Positions 1 through 12,368 of a DNA stretch of 64,000 bases are shown in pieces. The notes under the pieces were generated by a model. The model saw only the letters and a list, made by a program, of their open reading frames with translations, ran no database searches and was not told the origin of the DNA. The stretch comes from an uncultured Gemmatimonadaceae bacterium. Its GTDB lineage: Bacteria; Gemmatimonadota; Gemmatimonadetes; Gemmatimonadales; Gemmatimonadaceae. A program made the translations under genes and the position numbers. The DNA is taken from the NCBI GenBank assembly GCA_963751275.1, contig CAVVTZ010000009.1, positions 160,001 through 224,000 of the forward strand, given 5' to 3'. Every line of letters starts with the position of its first letter. The first letter of the stretch is position 1.

Positions 1-1642
1 CCATGATACGTGCGTAGCTCAGCGCGTTCCCGACGCTCGACAGCAGCTCGAGCGGCGCGAGCAGTCCTTCCGTGAGGATCAGCAGCGGGAACGCGATGAG
101 CAGCGCGATCACCACCGGCACGAACAGTGCCTTGGGCAGCACCTCGAACGCCGCGAGCAGCGCCGCGACGATCAGGAGCACCATCACGGCGGTGATCCCC
201 TTGCCGATCGCGTGCTTCGGCTCGCTGCGCCGCGCGCTCAGCGCACCGAGCACGAGGCCGAGCACCACGTGCACGACGCCGAGCCCCACCGCGAGCGCGA
301 GTGCGGCGATCACGCCCTCGGCGCGATCGAAGAGGATCGGCTTCATTCCGAACAGCCGAGCGCCCAGGTCGCCGAAGAACTCGCCGTACAGGAATCCGAA
401 GATGATCGTGAACACCGACATCGGGATCGCCATGTCGCCCACCGAGCGGAGCATCGTGCCGGCGCGCGCTTTGTGATGGATCGCGAGGCCGATCGCGAGC
501 AGCATGATCCCGTAGCCGATGTCGCCGAGCATGATGCCGAACATCGCGGGAAAGAAGACGGCGACGAAGGGCGTGGGGTCGATGGTGCCGTACGCCGGCA
601 GCGGCATCACGCGCACGATCGACTCGAAGGGGCGGAAGATCCGCGGATTCGAGAGCACCACCGGCGCATCCTTGGCGGTCCATTGCTCGCGCGCGATCGG
701 CTCCAGCACCACCGCGGCGCCGAATCGCTTCGCAACGAGCGCCTCCAGCCGCGGGAGCGCGGTCACGGGAAGCCAGCCTTCGACGGCGAACGCATGCGCC
801 GTAACGCCGCAGCGCGCGATCGCATCCAGTTCGGTGAGGCAGTCGTGCATCGGACCGCGCGCGGCCAGCAGTCTCGGCGCCTGTTCCGCGGCGAGCGCGG
901 CGCGTTCCTGCGCGAGCCGCTCGGCGTCGCGCGGGATCGCCTTGAGGCGCTCGAGCATCTTCGGCACCGTCTCGGCGAGCGCGCCGCCGCCATAGGCGGC
1001 GGGCATCGGGATCTCGGGCAGCCGCGCATCGGCGAGCGCGTGTTCCATGCGGTCGGCGAAGGTCTTGGGCAGCACGAGGAGCAGCGCGACGTCGCCGCTC
1101 GCGAGGTCGTGCGTGGAGATCGCGAACTCGGGGCCGATCTCCTTGCGGAGCGCGTCGCCGAGCTGTGGGATGATGCCGCGCTCGTGCGCGGGGACGACCA
1201 CCGCGTACGTGGTGAGGTGCGGGAAGCGTGCGACGCCGGCGAGCGCACTCTCGAAGGCAGCGAAGAAGTCGCGGTACTTGAGGATCAGTGCTTTCTCTTC
1301 GGCGAGCGCGGCGGTGCGGATCGCGATCGATTCGGCGAGGCGGCGGGCGCGGCGGGCGCGACGCGCGGCATGCGCGAAGTCCTCCGGCTCTCCGGCTGCG
1401 CCGCGTTCTGCTTTCTTGCCGGCGGCGTGCAGCGCGCCGAGCGCCGCGTCAATGTCCTCGAGCGCGCGCTGGAGCTGGCGCCGCATCCGCTCCTGTCGCG
1501 GCGTGAGCGCCATCTCCTGGAGCGGTGAGTCGCGCGTGGCATCGCCCAGGTGCAGCACACCGGCATCCTGCAGCGCGGCCATCAGTTCCCCGAGGCGAGT
1601 GCGAGGGCCGAGGAGCCGGATCTTCTCCATGGGAATGATCAT
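1..1642 (-). CDS. V/A-type ATP synthase subunit I (3' end runs off window)
   Basis: Manual translation: starts MIIPMEKIRLLGPR...LQDAGVLHL; at the window edge reads PLELLSSVGNALSYARIM, the SYxR motif of subunit a/I. Absent from the ORF track because there is no stop in the window. Confidence 0.9.
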   Translation of the reverse strand, partial: MIIPMEKIRLLGPRTRLGELMAALQDAGVLHLGDATRDSPLQEMALTPRQERMRRQLQRALEDIDAALGALHAAGKKAERGAAGEPEDFAHAARRARRARRLAESIAIRTAALAEEKALILKYRDFFAAFESALAGVARFPHLTTYAVVVPAHERGIIPQLGDALRKEIGPEFAISTHDLASGDVALLLVLPKTFADRMEHALADARLPEIPMPAAYGGGALAETVPKMLERLKAIPRDAERLAQERAALAAEQAPRLLAARGPMHDCLTELDAIARCGVTAHAFAVEGWLPVTALPRLEALVAKRFGAAVVLEPIAREQWTAKDAPVVLSNPRIFRPFESIVRVMPLPAYGTIDPTPFVAVFFPAMFGIMLGDIGYGIMLLAIGLAIHHKARAGTMLRSVGDMAIPMSVFTIIFGFLYGEFFGDLGARLFGMKPILFDRAEGVIAALALAVGLGVVHVVLGLVLGALSARRSEPKHAIGKGITAVMVLLIVAALLAAFEVLPKALFVPVVIALLIAFPLLILTEGLLAPLELLSSVGNALSYARIM

Positions 1643-1657
1643 CGGCCGCCATCGCGC

Positions 1658-2008
1658 TCATTCCTCGAGGACACGCAGACTCAGTCGTGCCGCGAGATCA
1701 TCGAGGAATGCTTCGGGGAGCGCGTCGAAGCGCGCGCAGTCGGCTTCGGCTTGCGCGAGGATCGCGGTGAGCTCGGATTGCAGCGCGCGTTCGTGCGCGG
1801 CGTCGAGTGTGGCGAGTTCGCGGGCGGTGGCGGCGTCGAGATCGGCGGTTGTGGCGGCGGCGCGAGTGTATGCTTCGGCAACGATGCGTTCGGCTTCGGT
1901 GTTGGCCGCGTCGAGTTGCTCGCGGAGCGTGTGCTCGGTCGCGAGCAGAGCGGTCAGCGCGTTGCCGTCGTGGTGGGCGGCCGGTGGTTTGGCATGGTTG
2001 TGAGGCAC
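1658..2008 (-). CDS. Probable V/A-type ATPase peripheral stalk subunit (G/H-like)
   Basis: 116 aa Ala/Glu-rich coiled coil (EQLDAANTEAERIVAEA) directly upstream of subunit I. Confidence 0.6.
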   Translation of the reverse strand: MPHNHAKPPAAHHDGNALTALLATEHTLREQLDAANTEAERIVAEAYTRAAATTADLDAATARELATLDAAHERALQSELTAILAQAEADCARFDALPEAFLDDLAARLSLRVLEE

Positions 2009-2206
2009 GGGCTCAAGCTGGGGGCCGGCCGAGGGCGGGTGCAGTCGGAAAGTCCCTATTTCGTGTCAGGGAGATTCGTACGCGCATGGGACTCGCGCGC
2101 GAAAATTCCGAGCGATTCGGAGTATCTTCGGTTTCCGGCTTCTACTATAGTGATATGCGAGGTCTCATTCGGGACTGGGGAGTCGGGAACGGGAGATCGC
2201 GAACGA

Positions 2207-2328
2207 CAACTGCATCAGACAGGATGAACATGATGAACGTGATGTGAACGGCGGCCGGCGGGTTGAAATCAGGTCGTAGATTGCGGTTCATATCATGTCC
2301 ATCATGTTCATCCTGTCTGATGCAGTTG
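2207..2328. repeat. Inverted-repeat element A (43-bp arms, CAACTGC termini, 9-bp period)
   Basis: Arms 2207-2249 and 2286-2328 are reverse complements with 3 mismatches. Confidence 0.9.
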
Positions 2329-2371
2329 CTCTTCCTACAGACTATGGCCGTACCAGCCGAGGACACTGGGC

Positions 2372-2785
2372 ATGCCGACATCGAAACTCGCTGCGAAGAT
2401 GAAATTGAAGCCGGGACATCGGGCGGCGCTCGTCAATGCACCGGCCGGCTATGCGAAGGAGCTGAGTCCGCTGCCGGCGGGTGCGAAGATCGCGCCGTCG
2501 CTCACGGGAGAGTTCGACTGGATCCAGCTGTTCGCGAAGGATCAGGCGGAGTTGAAGAACCTGTTGCCGCGCGCGGTGAAGGCGCTCAAGGCGGAGAGCA
2601 TCCTCTGGCTCTCCTTCCCGAAAGGCGGCTCGAAGATCCAGACCGATCTCACGCGCGACAAAGGCTGGGAGGTGCTCAAGACGCTCGACATGAAATGGGT
2701 GACGCTCATCTCCGTGAACGACACGTGGAGCGCGTTCGCGATCAGGCCGTACCGGGCGAGGGAGGAGAAGCAGGACTGGCGCTAA
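2372..2785 (+). CDS. DUF3052-like protein
   Basis: KMKLKPG...NAP...LWLSFPKGGSKIQTDLTRD...ISVNDTWSA pattern; GAGGA upstream. Confidence 0.7.
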   Translation: MPTSKLAAKMKLKPGHRAALVNAPAGYAKELSPLPAGAKIAPSLTGEFDWIQLFAKDQAELKNLLPRAVKALKAESILWLSFPKGGSKIQTDLTRDKGWEVLKTLDMKWVTLISVNDTWSAFAIRPYRAREEKQDWR

Positions 2786-2862
2786 GATCGAGCGGGTCAC
2801 GAATCGCGCCGGATTTCAATGCGGTGCGCGGCCGCACGATTGAGGGATGCTGATAGCGGATT

Positions 2863-2918
2863 GTTTCCGAGCCCGCACGACCGTCCGCTCTTGGGACGCC
2901 CAGTCCCCACTTCGAACA
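2863..2918 (+). promoter_or_regulatory. Candidate enhancer (UAS) sites for the NtrC-type regulator
   Basis: GT-N11-AC-like dyads at ~20-bp spacing (best: cgtcc-N7-ggacg, 2882-2898), ~110-160 bp upstream of the sigma54 box. Confidence 0.35.
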
Positions 2919-3023
2919 CCCGCTCGCCAACCATCCGCCCACTCACGGAGTCTAACCACGCGTTAGCCCGCGTCTTAGGCAGTCAGCGAGTCCCGAGTCC
3001 CGAGTCCCGAGCGCGAACATTCT

Positions 3024-3039
3024 CGGCACGTCTCTTGCC
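3024..3039 (+). promoter_or_regulatory. sigma54 (-24/-12) promoter of the export operon
   Basis: cGGCACGtctcTTGCc: GG 3025-26 and GC 3037-38 separated by 10 nt; a bEBP gene lies in the same locus. Confidence 0.7.
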
Positions 3040-3085
3040 CTTAGGGAGGTGAATACCCGTCATGCTCCTCAGCCCAGGATAGCCG

Positions 3086-4330
3086 TTGGACGTCGCCCGC
3101 GCACCCAAGAAGAAAACGAGCAAGTACGTCGCCATCGGCGGCGGTGTCTTCGCGCTCATCATCGTCACGGTCTTGCTCGGCAAGCTCAAGCCGGCCGCGC
3201 CGTCGGTCGAGATCGCCACGCTGCTCATCGACTCCGTCCGCCAGGGCGACCTGTCGATCGAAGTGCGCGGTCCCGGCAATCTCACCCCCGAGCACATCCG
3301 CTTCATCACGGCGCAGGCCAGTGCGCGCGTGGATCGCCTCATCGCTCAGAGTGGCCAGAGCGTTCCCGCTGGCGGTGTGCTGCTCACGCTCTCGAATCCT
3401 GACGTCGAGATCCAGGCGCTGCAGGCCGACCAGGCCTACAACCAGGCGCGCTTCGATCTCTTCGCCATGAGGACGAATCTCAACAGTGCGCGCCTGGCCC
3501 AGGAAGGAGTCGTCGCCACCACGCGCACGAACTACATCAGCGCCACGCAGGACGCGGCGGCCGCCGAGTCGCTCGTCACGAAGAATCTCATCTCCCCCTT
3601 CGACGCGAACGCGAAGAAGGCCGCCGCCCAGGAATACGAAACGCGCCTGCGCGTCGAAAAAGAGCGCCTCGCGCTCATGACGCAGAGCGTCGATTCGCAG
3701 ATCCAGGTGCAGACGGACCAGGTGCAGCGCCTCAAGTCGATCGCCGAGCTGGACCGCGGGCGCGAGCGCGCCCTGCAGGTCACCTCGCCCGACGCCGGCA
3801 TCGTGCAGGACCTCACGATCCAGCTCGGCGAATGGGTCACCGAAGGCACGACGCTCGCGAAGGTCGTGCAGCCGGGCACGCTCAAGGCCGTCATTCGCAT
3901 TCCTGAAACACAGGCCAAGGATGTCGCCGTAGGTCAGGATGCCGACATTGACACGCGCAACGGCATCGTCCACGGCAAGGTCTCACGCAAGGATCCCAGC
4001 TCGGTGAACGGCACGGTCACGGTGGACGTGAAGCTCGAGGGCGCGCTCCCCGCCGGTGCGGTGCCCGATCTCTCGGTGGACGGCACGATCAAGATCGCGT
4101 CGCTCAAGAACGTCATGTACACCGGCCGCCCCGCGTACGGATCGGGCACCGGCATGGTGGGTCTGTTCAAGGTCGTGGAGAACGGCAGCGCCGCTGTTCG
4201 CGTGCAGGTGCAGCTGGGCAAGAGTTCCGTTACGACGGTGGAGATCCTGAAGGGCCTGAACATCGGCGACAAAGTGATCCTGAGCGACATGTCACAGTAC
4301 GACAACGTGGAACGCGTACGCCTCAAATAA
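3086..4330 (+). CDS. Efflux periplasmic adaptor (MFP/HlyD family)
   Basis: N-terminal TM, lipoyl half-motifs (G..V..G..L), long coiled coil; precedes ABC ATPase. Confidence 0.9.
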   Translation: MDVARAPKKKTSKYVAIGGGVFALIIVTVLLGKLKPAAPSVEIATLLIDSVRQGDLSIEVRGPGNLTPEHIRFITAQASARVDRLIAQSGQSVPAGGVLLTLSNPDVEIQALQADQAYNQARFDLFAMRTNLNSARLAQEGVVATTRTNYISATQDAAAAESLVTKNLISPFDANAKKAAAQEYETRLRVEKERLALMTQSVDSQIQVQTDQVQRLKSIAELDRGRERALQVTSPDAGIVQDLTIQLGEWVTEGTTLAKVVQPGTLKAVIRIPETQAKDVAVGQDADIDTRNGIVHGKVSRKDPSSVNGTVTVDVKLEGALPAGAVPDLSVDGTIKIASLKNVMYTGRPAYGSGTGMVGLFKVVENGSAAVRVQVQLGKSSVTTVEILKGLNIGDKVILSDMSQYDNVERVRLK

Positions 4331-4344
4331 CTCCGGAGCTTACC

Positions 4345-5052
<708 letters not shown>

Positions 5053-5076
5053 CTGGTCTCAACCCCGAGGGCGACA

Positions 5077-7503
5077 ATGGGCATGCTGCTGCAGGATCTG
5101 CGCTACGCTCTCCGCGCGCTGCGGAAGAGCCCGCTCTTCACCGCTGTCGCCGTTGTCACACTCGCCCTCGGGATCGGCGCGAACACCACGATATACACGT
5201 GGCTGGAGGACATGGTGCTCCGCCCATTGCCGGCCGTGGGCGGCTACGACGATCTGGTGCTCGTGATCACGCGGGGCCCGGACGGCGCGCGGTGGAGTTT
5301 CTCGATCCCCGACTGGCAGGACGTCTCGAAGATGGCGACGCTCATCGAAGGGCCGGCGATCACCACCGGCCAGCCCTTCAGCGTGCGCACGGAGGGACAA
5401 GCCGAGCGCGCGTGGGGCGAGATCGTCAGCTCGAATTATTTCAACGTGCTGCACGTGCGGCCGATGCTCGGCCGCGGGTTCCTGCCGGCTGAGGACAGCT
5501 CGGTGGGCGGGCATCCCGTGGTCGTGCTTGCGTACAACTATTGGCGGCGGAAGTTCGGCTCCGATTCGAGCATCGTGGGGAAGACACTCACGCTGAATAG
5601 CCATCCGTTCACGGTCGTGGGCGTGATGCCGCCGCTCTTCGGCGGAAAGACCGCGGCGCTCTCCTTCGACATGTGGGTGCCGCTGTCCATGGTGGGCGTC
5701 GCGAACGGCTCGCCGCAGCAGTACACGTCGCGCGGATGGCAGAGTTACGACGCGATCGCGCGGCTCAAGCCCGGCGTCACGTTCGCGCGCGCGCAGGTGG
5801 AGATGCGCGCGATCGGAAAGCAGCTCGCCGACACGTACCACGAAGATGCGCACACCGGCCGCGACTTGCTGCCGATGAACGAAGACTACGTGCAGGCGCT
5901 GTTCAAGCCGGCGCTCATCGCGGTGATGGGGATCACGGCCATCGTGCTGCTCATTGCGTGCGCGAACGTCGCGAATCTCATGCTGTCGCGCGCGGCGTCG
6001 CGCCGCCGGGAAATGGGCATACGACTGGCGCTCGGCGCCAGGCGCTCGGCGCTGGTGCGGCAGCTGCTCGTCGAGAGCCTGATCATCGCGGTGGTGGGCG
6101 GCGGGCTCGGGCTGCTCGTTGCGTCATGGGGCAGTGGGATGCTCAGCGCACTCATGCCGCCGGTGCCGTACCCGGTGACCATCCCGCATTCGTTCGACGC
6201 GCGCATCCTCGCGTTCGCAATGCTCGTGACCGTGGGCACGGTGGTCCTGTTCGGCGTCGCGCCGGCGGTCCAGGCTTCGAAGCCCGATCTCGTCGTATCG
6301 CTCAAGAGCGGCGTGGGCAATGGCGGGCACGGACGCGGGCTGCTGCGCGGCTCGCTCGTCGTCACGCAGATCTCCTTGTCGGTGATCGCGCTGGTGGCAG
6401 CCGGACTCTTCGTACGCAGCCTGAACACGGCCCAGCACATGGACGCGGGTTACCGCGAGCCGGAGAAGGTGCTGCTCGTGGGCACCGACCTCCTCCTCGC
6501 CGGCTACAACCCGTCCACCGGGCGCGTGATGGAGCGGCAGATCCTGGAGCGCGTCACCGCGCTTCCGGGCGTGGTGTCTGCGTCGTTCTCCGGCATCGTG
6601 CCGCTCGGCTTCGGCGGCAACAACACGAGCAGCGCCACGATCGATGGCTACACGCCGGCGAAGGACGAGAACATGTCGATCCACAACGACGACATCGCCC
6701 CTCGTTATTTCGAGACGGTAGGCACGCCGATCCTCGCCGGCCGCGAATTCACCGCGCAGGATGATTCCGGCGCGGCGCGCGTCGCGATCGTGAACGACGC
6801 CTTCGTCAAGAAATATTTCCACGGGCAGGATGCGCTCGGCCGCTGGATCGATTTCGGCGGCGGCAAGCGCACGGTGGTCGGCGTCGTGGCGAGCGCCAAG
6901 CAGAAGCAGCTGAGCGAGGCGCCGCTCCCGTTCGTCTTCCTGCCGCAGGCACAGGACTACGATGCGGCCACCACGCTGTACGTGCGGGCCGCCGGCGATC
7001 CGAAGCTCCTCACCGAGACGCTGCGCAAGACTTTCGCATCGATCGATCCGAACCTGCCGTTCCTGGACGTGCGGACGTTCGCCGAGCACATGGGGGCGGC
7101 GATGTTCTTCATGAAACTCGGCGCGACGATGCTCGGGATGTTCGGCGCGCTCGCGCTGTTCCTCTCGAGCATGGGCATCTACAGCGTGATCGCGTACTCG
7201 GTGAGCCAGCGCACGCGCGAGCTGGGCATTCGCACCGCGCTCGGCGCGGCGCGGCAGGACATCCTGTCGCTCGTGCTGGGCGAGGGGATGAAGCTCACCG
7301 CGATCGGGCTCGCGATCGGCGGCGTGCTGGCGTTCGGCGCGGGGATGCTGCTGCGCAGTCAGCTGCTGGGCGTTGGCGCGGCCGATCCCGTCACGTTCTT
7401 CTCGATCGGCGCACTGCTCGCGTCGGTCGCCCTGATCGCGAGCTGGATCCCGGCGCGGCGCGCCTCGCGCACCGATCCCATGGTCGCGCTGCGCACCGAA
7501 TAG
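5077..7503 (+). CDS. ADOP-type duplicated ABC permease 1
   Basis: [46 protein letters not shown]; 808 aa, intact. Confidence 0.92.
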   Translation: MGMLLQDLRYALRALRKSPLFTAVAVVTLALGIGANTTIYTWLEDMVLRPLPAVGGYDDLVLVITRGPDGARWSFSIPDWQDVSKMATLIEGPAITTGQPFSVRTEGQAERAWGEIVSSNYFNVLHVRPMLGRGFLPAEDSSVGGHPVVVLAYNYWRRKFGSDSSIVGKTLTLNSHPFTVVGVMPPLFGGKTAALSFDMWVPLSMVGVANGSPQQYTSRGWQSYDAIARLKPGVTFARAQVEMRAIGKQLADTYHEDAHTGRDLLPMNEDYVQALFKPALIAVMGITAIVLLIACANVANLMLSRAASRRREMGIRLALGARRSALVRQLLVESLIIAVVGGGLGLLVASWGSGMLSALMPPVPYPVTIPHSFDARILAFAMLVTVGTVVLFGVAPAVQASKPDLVVSLKSGVGNGGHGRGLLRGSLVVTQISLSVIALVAAGLFVRSLNTAQHMDAGYREPEKVLLVGTDLLLAGYNPSTGRVMERQILERVTALPGVVSASFSGIVPLGFGGNNTSSATIDGYTPAKDENMSIHNDDIAPRYFETVGTPILAGREFTAQDDSGAARVAIVNDAFVKKYFHGQDALGRWIDFGGGKRTVVGVVASAKQKQLSEAPLPFVFLPQAQDYDAATTLYVRAAGDPKLLTETLRKTFASIDPNLPFLDVRTFAEHMGAAMFFMKLGATMLGMFGALALFLSSMGIYSVIAYSVSQRTRELGIRTALGAARQDILSLVLGEGMKLTAIGLAIGGVLAFGAGMLLRSQLLGVGAADPVTFFSIGALLASVALIASWIPARRASRTDPMVALRTE

Positions 7504-7511
7504 GGCGACCC

Positions 7512-9926
7512 ATGGAACATTCTCTGGCAGGACGTGCGCCACGCGCTGCGGCAGTTCCGCACGCAGCGCCAGTTCACGATCGCCGCGCTGCTCGTGCTGG
7601 GGCTGGGTATTGGCGCGAATGCCACGATCTTCACGGTGGTCGACCGCGTGCTGCTCACGCCGCTGCCGTACCACGCGCCCGACGATCTCGTGATGATCTG
7701 GGAGAAGAACGTTCCCGGGAATTTCGCGCACAACGTGGTGAACCCGCAGAATTATCTCGATTGGAAGGACCGGTCCACGTCGTTCAGCGACATGGCGGCG
7801 TTCACGTGGAGCCAGATGGTGCTGCTGGGCAGCGGGGCGCCCGAGCGCGTGTACGGCCGCTCGGTGACGCCGAATCTCTTCGCGTTGCTGGGCGCGCGGC
7901 CGGCGCTCGGCCGCACGTTCACGGCCGAGGAATCGCGGCCGAAGGGGCCGAACGTCGTGATCCTGAGCGACAAGCTCTGGCGGCGGCGCTATGCCGCGGA
8001 TCCGCAGATCGTCGGAAAGACTATCGAGGTGTCGGGCGGGAATCCCACCGTGGTGGGCGTGATGCCGGCGAGCTTCCGGCCGCTCTCGAACGAGGAATAC
8101 TGGGACCCGTTCGCGCTCGATCCATCGGATCGTTCGCGGCACGGCCGCTACGTGATGGCGATCGGGCGGCTCAAGCCGGGCGTGACGCGCGCGCAGGCGG
8201 AGGCCGACGTGACGGCGATCGGGGCGCAGCTCGAGAAGGAATATCCCGCGTTCGACACGGGGTGGCGCGCGAGCGTGGTGGGGCTGGCGGATGAGATCGT
8301 GGGGTCGTCGAAGAGCGTGATCCTCGTGCTCTTCGGCGCGGTATCGCTCGTGCTGCTGATCACGTGCGCCAATGTGGGCAACCTGATGCTCACGCGCGCC
8401 GCGTCGCGGCGGCGCGAAGTAGCCGTGCGCACGGCGCTCGGCGCCACGCGCTGGCGGTTGGCGCGCGAATGGCTGGTGGAGAATCTGATCCTCGCCCTCG
8501 CGGGTGGCGCGATCGGGCTCACACTCACCGCGTACGCGGTGGACCTGCTGGTCGCGGCGTCGCCGTCGGGAGTGCCGCGGCTGCATGAGATCGCGCTGGA
8601 CGGCCGAGTGATCGCGGCCACGGCGCTGGTGACGATCGTCGTGGGGCTCGTGATCGGCGCGCCCGCGGCACTGCAGGAGCGCACGACGCGACTGGCCGCC
8701 GATCTGCAGGGCGCGAGCACGCGCACCGCGGGCAGCGTGCAGGCGGCGCGATTCCGCTCGGTGCTCGTGGTGGCGCAGATGTCGCTGGCGGTGGTGCTGC
8801 TGCTCGCGAGCGGATTGCTCGTGCGCTCGGTGGCGCGCCTCGCGCAGGTGGATCCGGGCTTCGATCCCAAGGGCGTGCTCACGCTCGGCGTGACGCTGCC
8901 TTCGGACAAGTATCCCGATCTCGCGCGGCAGGCGGCGTTCTTCAACGAGTTCTCCGCGCGCCTCGCGGCGCTGCCCGGCGTGGAGAAAGTGGGCGCGGTG
9001 AGCTTCCTGCCGCTGCAGGCCGGGAACGCGGGCACCGGCTTCGACGGTGATCGGGCAGCCCGAGCCCGCTCCGGGCATGGGGCCATCGGCGTCCGTGCGT
9101 ATAACGGATCCGGGGTATTTCGCGGCCATGCGTATCCCGGTGATCAAGGGGCGCGCACTATCGGCCGCCGACCGCGAGGGCACGCCGCGCGTGGTGGCGG
9201 TGAGCGAGCTACTCGCCAAGAAGATCTGGCCGAACGGCGACGCGATCGGCCAGCGGATCAAGGTGTACTATGGCCGGCCAAACGACACGCTCGAAGTGGT
9301 GGGCGTGGTGGGCGACGTGCGCCACAACGGGCTCGACGAGGATGTGAACCAGACCATCTACTATCCCGCGTCGCAGTACAACTACGGTGCGCTCACCTAC
9401 GTGATCCGCACGGCCGGGTCCGCCGGCGAACGCCGCGCCGGCCGTGCGCGCCGCGTTGCACGATCTGGATCCGAACGTGCCCGCCGAAGATGTGGGCACG
9501 ATGGATCACTGGGTGACTCGCTCGATGAGCGACCGCCGCGATCCGATGCTGGTGCTCACGATCTTCGCCGCGCTCGCGGTGACGATCGCGGCGGTGGGCG
9601 TGTACGCGGTGCTGTCGTTCGGCGTGAGCCAGCGCACGCGCGAGATCGGCGTGCGCATGGCGCTCGGCGCACAGCCGCGCGAAGTGCTCTCGATGGTGCT
9701 CGGCGGCGGGCTGCGGCTGACGCTCATCGGCATTGTGCTCGGCGTCATCGGCGGCGCCATCGCCACGCGCGCGCTCGACAAGCTGCTCTTCCACGTGCAA
9801 CCCACCGACCCGCTCACGATCGGCGCCGTCGCATTGCTGCTCGGCATCGTGGCGCTCGTCGCGATGTACGTGCCGGCGCGTCGCGCGGCGAAGGTGGATC
9901 CGGTGGTCGCGCTCCGATCCGAATAG
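7512..9926 (+). CDS. ADOP-type ABC permease 2 (frameshifts ~7518, ~9045, ~9430)
   Basis: Permease motifs continue across ORFs 7534.., 9047.. and 9444..9926, ending DPVVALRSE. Confidence 0.85.
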
Positions 9927-9934
9927 GAGGCTCC

Positions 9935-12365
9935 ATGGAAACTCTCCTGCAGGATCTCCGCTATGCGGCGCGCGCGCTGCGGCGGAATCCGGTGTTCACG
10001 CTGGCGGCGGTGCTCACGCTCGCGATCGGCATCGGCGCGAATACGGCGGTGTTCAGCGTCGTGAATGCGGTGCTGCTGCGCGCGATGCCGTACCCCGATC
10101 CCGACCGGCTGGTGGTGATCTGGGGCACGCTCGGGCAGGAGCAACGCACGCTCATCTCGCTTCCGGACATCGTGGAGATGCGCGCGCGCAACCGGACGTT
10201 CGACGAGCTGTCGATAGTCCGCTCGCAGAGCGTGAACCTCACGGGCGTGGATGCGCCCGACCGGCTGATCGGCAGCTTCGTGAGCGCGAACGCGCTGACA
10301 GTGCTCGGGGCGACGGCCGAGCGCGGCCGGCTGTTCACGCCGGAGGAAACAGAACAGGGCAACGGTGCGGCGGTGGCGGTGCTCTCGCACGGGGCGTGGA
10401 TGACGCGCTTCGGCGGCGATCCCAACATCGTCGGCCGCTCGATCACGCTCAATGGGCGGCCGCACGTCGTGATCGGCGTTACCTCTCCGGGGTTCCGTGA
10501 TCCAATGGGCGACGACGACGTCTGGCTGCCGGTCCTGTCCGCGCCGGGCGCGAGCATGACGGAGCGCAGCGCCCCTGACAATATCTTCCGCGTGTGGAGC
10601 GTGGGCCGGATGAAGCCGGGCGTGTCGCTCGCGCAGGCCAAGGCCGACCTGGGCGCGATCGCGGCGGATCTCGCGAAGGAGTATCCGGTCACGAACGTCG
10701 GACAGGGCGTGAACATCATCTCGCTCAAGCAGACCGTGGTCGGCTCGCTGCGTCCCGTTCTGTTGACGGTGTTCGCGTTCGTGATGGTCGTGCTGCTCAT
10801 CGCGTGCGCGAATGTGGCGAATCTGCAGCTCGCCCGCGCCACCGCGCGCGAGAAGGAACTGTCCCTGCGCGCCGCCCTCGGTGCCGGCCGCGGACGCATC
10901 ATCCGCCAGCTGCTCACCGAGAGCGTATTGCTCTCCGTGCTCGGCGGCGCGCTCGGCATTCTCGTGGGCGTCTGGGCCACGCGCGCGATGGTCGCCGCCG
11001 TCCCCGGCGGCCTGCCGGGTTTCGCCGAGGTGACGCTCGACCCGCAGGTGCTGGCCTTCTCGATATTGGTGACGCTGGGTTCGGGCGTGTTGTTCGGCCT
11101 GGCCCCCGCATTGTTCGCCAGCCGCACGAACCTCCGCGGCGGCGTCGGCTCCGCCGGCTTCAGTCGTCAGTCGTCAGTCGATGGCCGCCGTTGGCATTTG
11201 AGAGATCTCCTCGTCGCCGGCCAACTCGCCCTCTGCATCGTGCTCCTCGTCGGCGCCGGCTTGCTCACGCGCAGCCTGGTCGCGCTGCGTCGAGTGGACG
11301 CCGGTTTCGACGCGCGCAACGTGCTCACCGCGGAGTTCCGGCTGCCGCGCAACAAGTACGACTCGCCGGCGAAGATCAACCAGTTCATGGCGCGCGCGCT
11401 GGCTTCGATCCGCGCGGTGCCCGGGATCAAGGATGCGGCGCTGGTGCAAGCGGTGCCGCTCAGCGGGAATTACGGACTCGTCACGTTCGAGCTGGACGGG
11501 AACGGGCCCATCGACCACACCGCCCACCGCGCTCCAGAACGTCGTGACCAATGGCTTCTTCCGGACGATGGGGATCCCGATGCACGCCGGCCGCGACTTC
11601 GATGCGCGCGACCGCATCGATGCGCCGCCCGTGGCGATCGTGAGCGAGGAATTCGCGCGCCAGGCGTGGCCAGGTGAGAATGCGATCGGGCGGCGCGTGA
11701 AGATCTTCGGTCCGCCCAATGTGTGGGTGACCGTGGTGGGCGTGGTGGGCGACGTCAAGCAGCGGTCGTTCGACGACGCGCCCCCCGGCGGCCAGATCTA
11801 CCAGCCGGTGGAGCAGGGGATCGGGATCTTCAACAGCGTGGTCGCGCGCACCGCGGGCGATCCGGATCTGCTGGCGAAGCAGCTGCGCGCCGCGATCTGG
11901 AGCGTCGATGCGGACCAGCCGGTATGGAAGGTGCGCTCGCAGGAATTCCTCGTGGAGCGCGATTTCTCGCCGCGCCGCTTCGCGCTCTCGCTCGCGGGGG
12001 TGTTCGCGCTGCTGGCGGTGATCCTCGCCGCGATCGGCGTGTACGGCGTGATGAGTTACATGCTCGCGCAGCGGACGCGCGAGCTGGGCATCCGGCTGGC
12101 GCTCGGCGCGCGGCGGTCATCGCTCGTGGGACTGGTGCTCGCGCGCGGGACGCGCGTGATCGCCGCGGCGATCGTGGTGGGCGTGATCGCGGCGTTCGCC
12201 GCGGCGCGGCTGATGCAGAGCCAGCTGTTCGGCGTGAGCGCCTCCGATCCTCTGACATTCCTCGCCGTACCGATCCTGTTGGGCGCCGTTGCACTCGTCG
12301 CCACGTATCTCCCCGCGCGGCGCGCGGCGAACGTGGATCCCATGATCGCCATCCGCTCGGAGTAA
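9935..12365 (+). CDS. ADOP-type ABC permease 3 (frameshift ~11520)
   Basis: GGAGG then [10 protein letters not shown]; continues in ORF 11433..12365 ending DPMIAIRSE. Confidence 0.87.
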
Positions 12366-12368
12366 CGC

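Noticed and set aside
6124..9261. Very long antisense ORFs (also 13155-15422, 54109-55797 and others)
   Set aside because: Shadow frames of high-GC genes; Arg/Ala-rich with no motifs.
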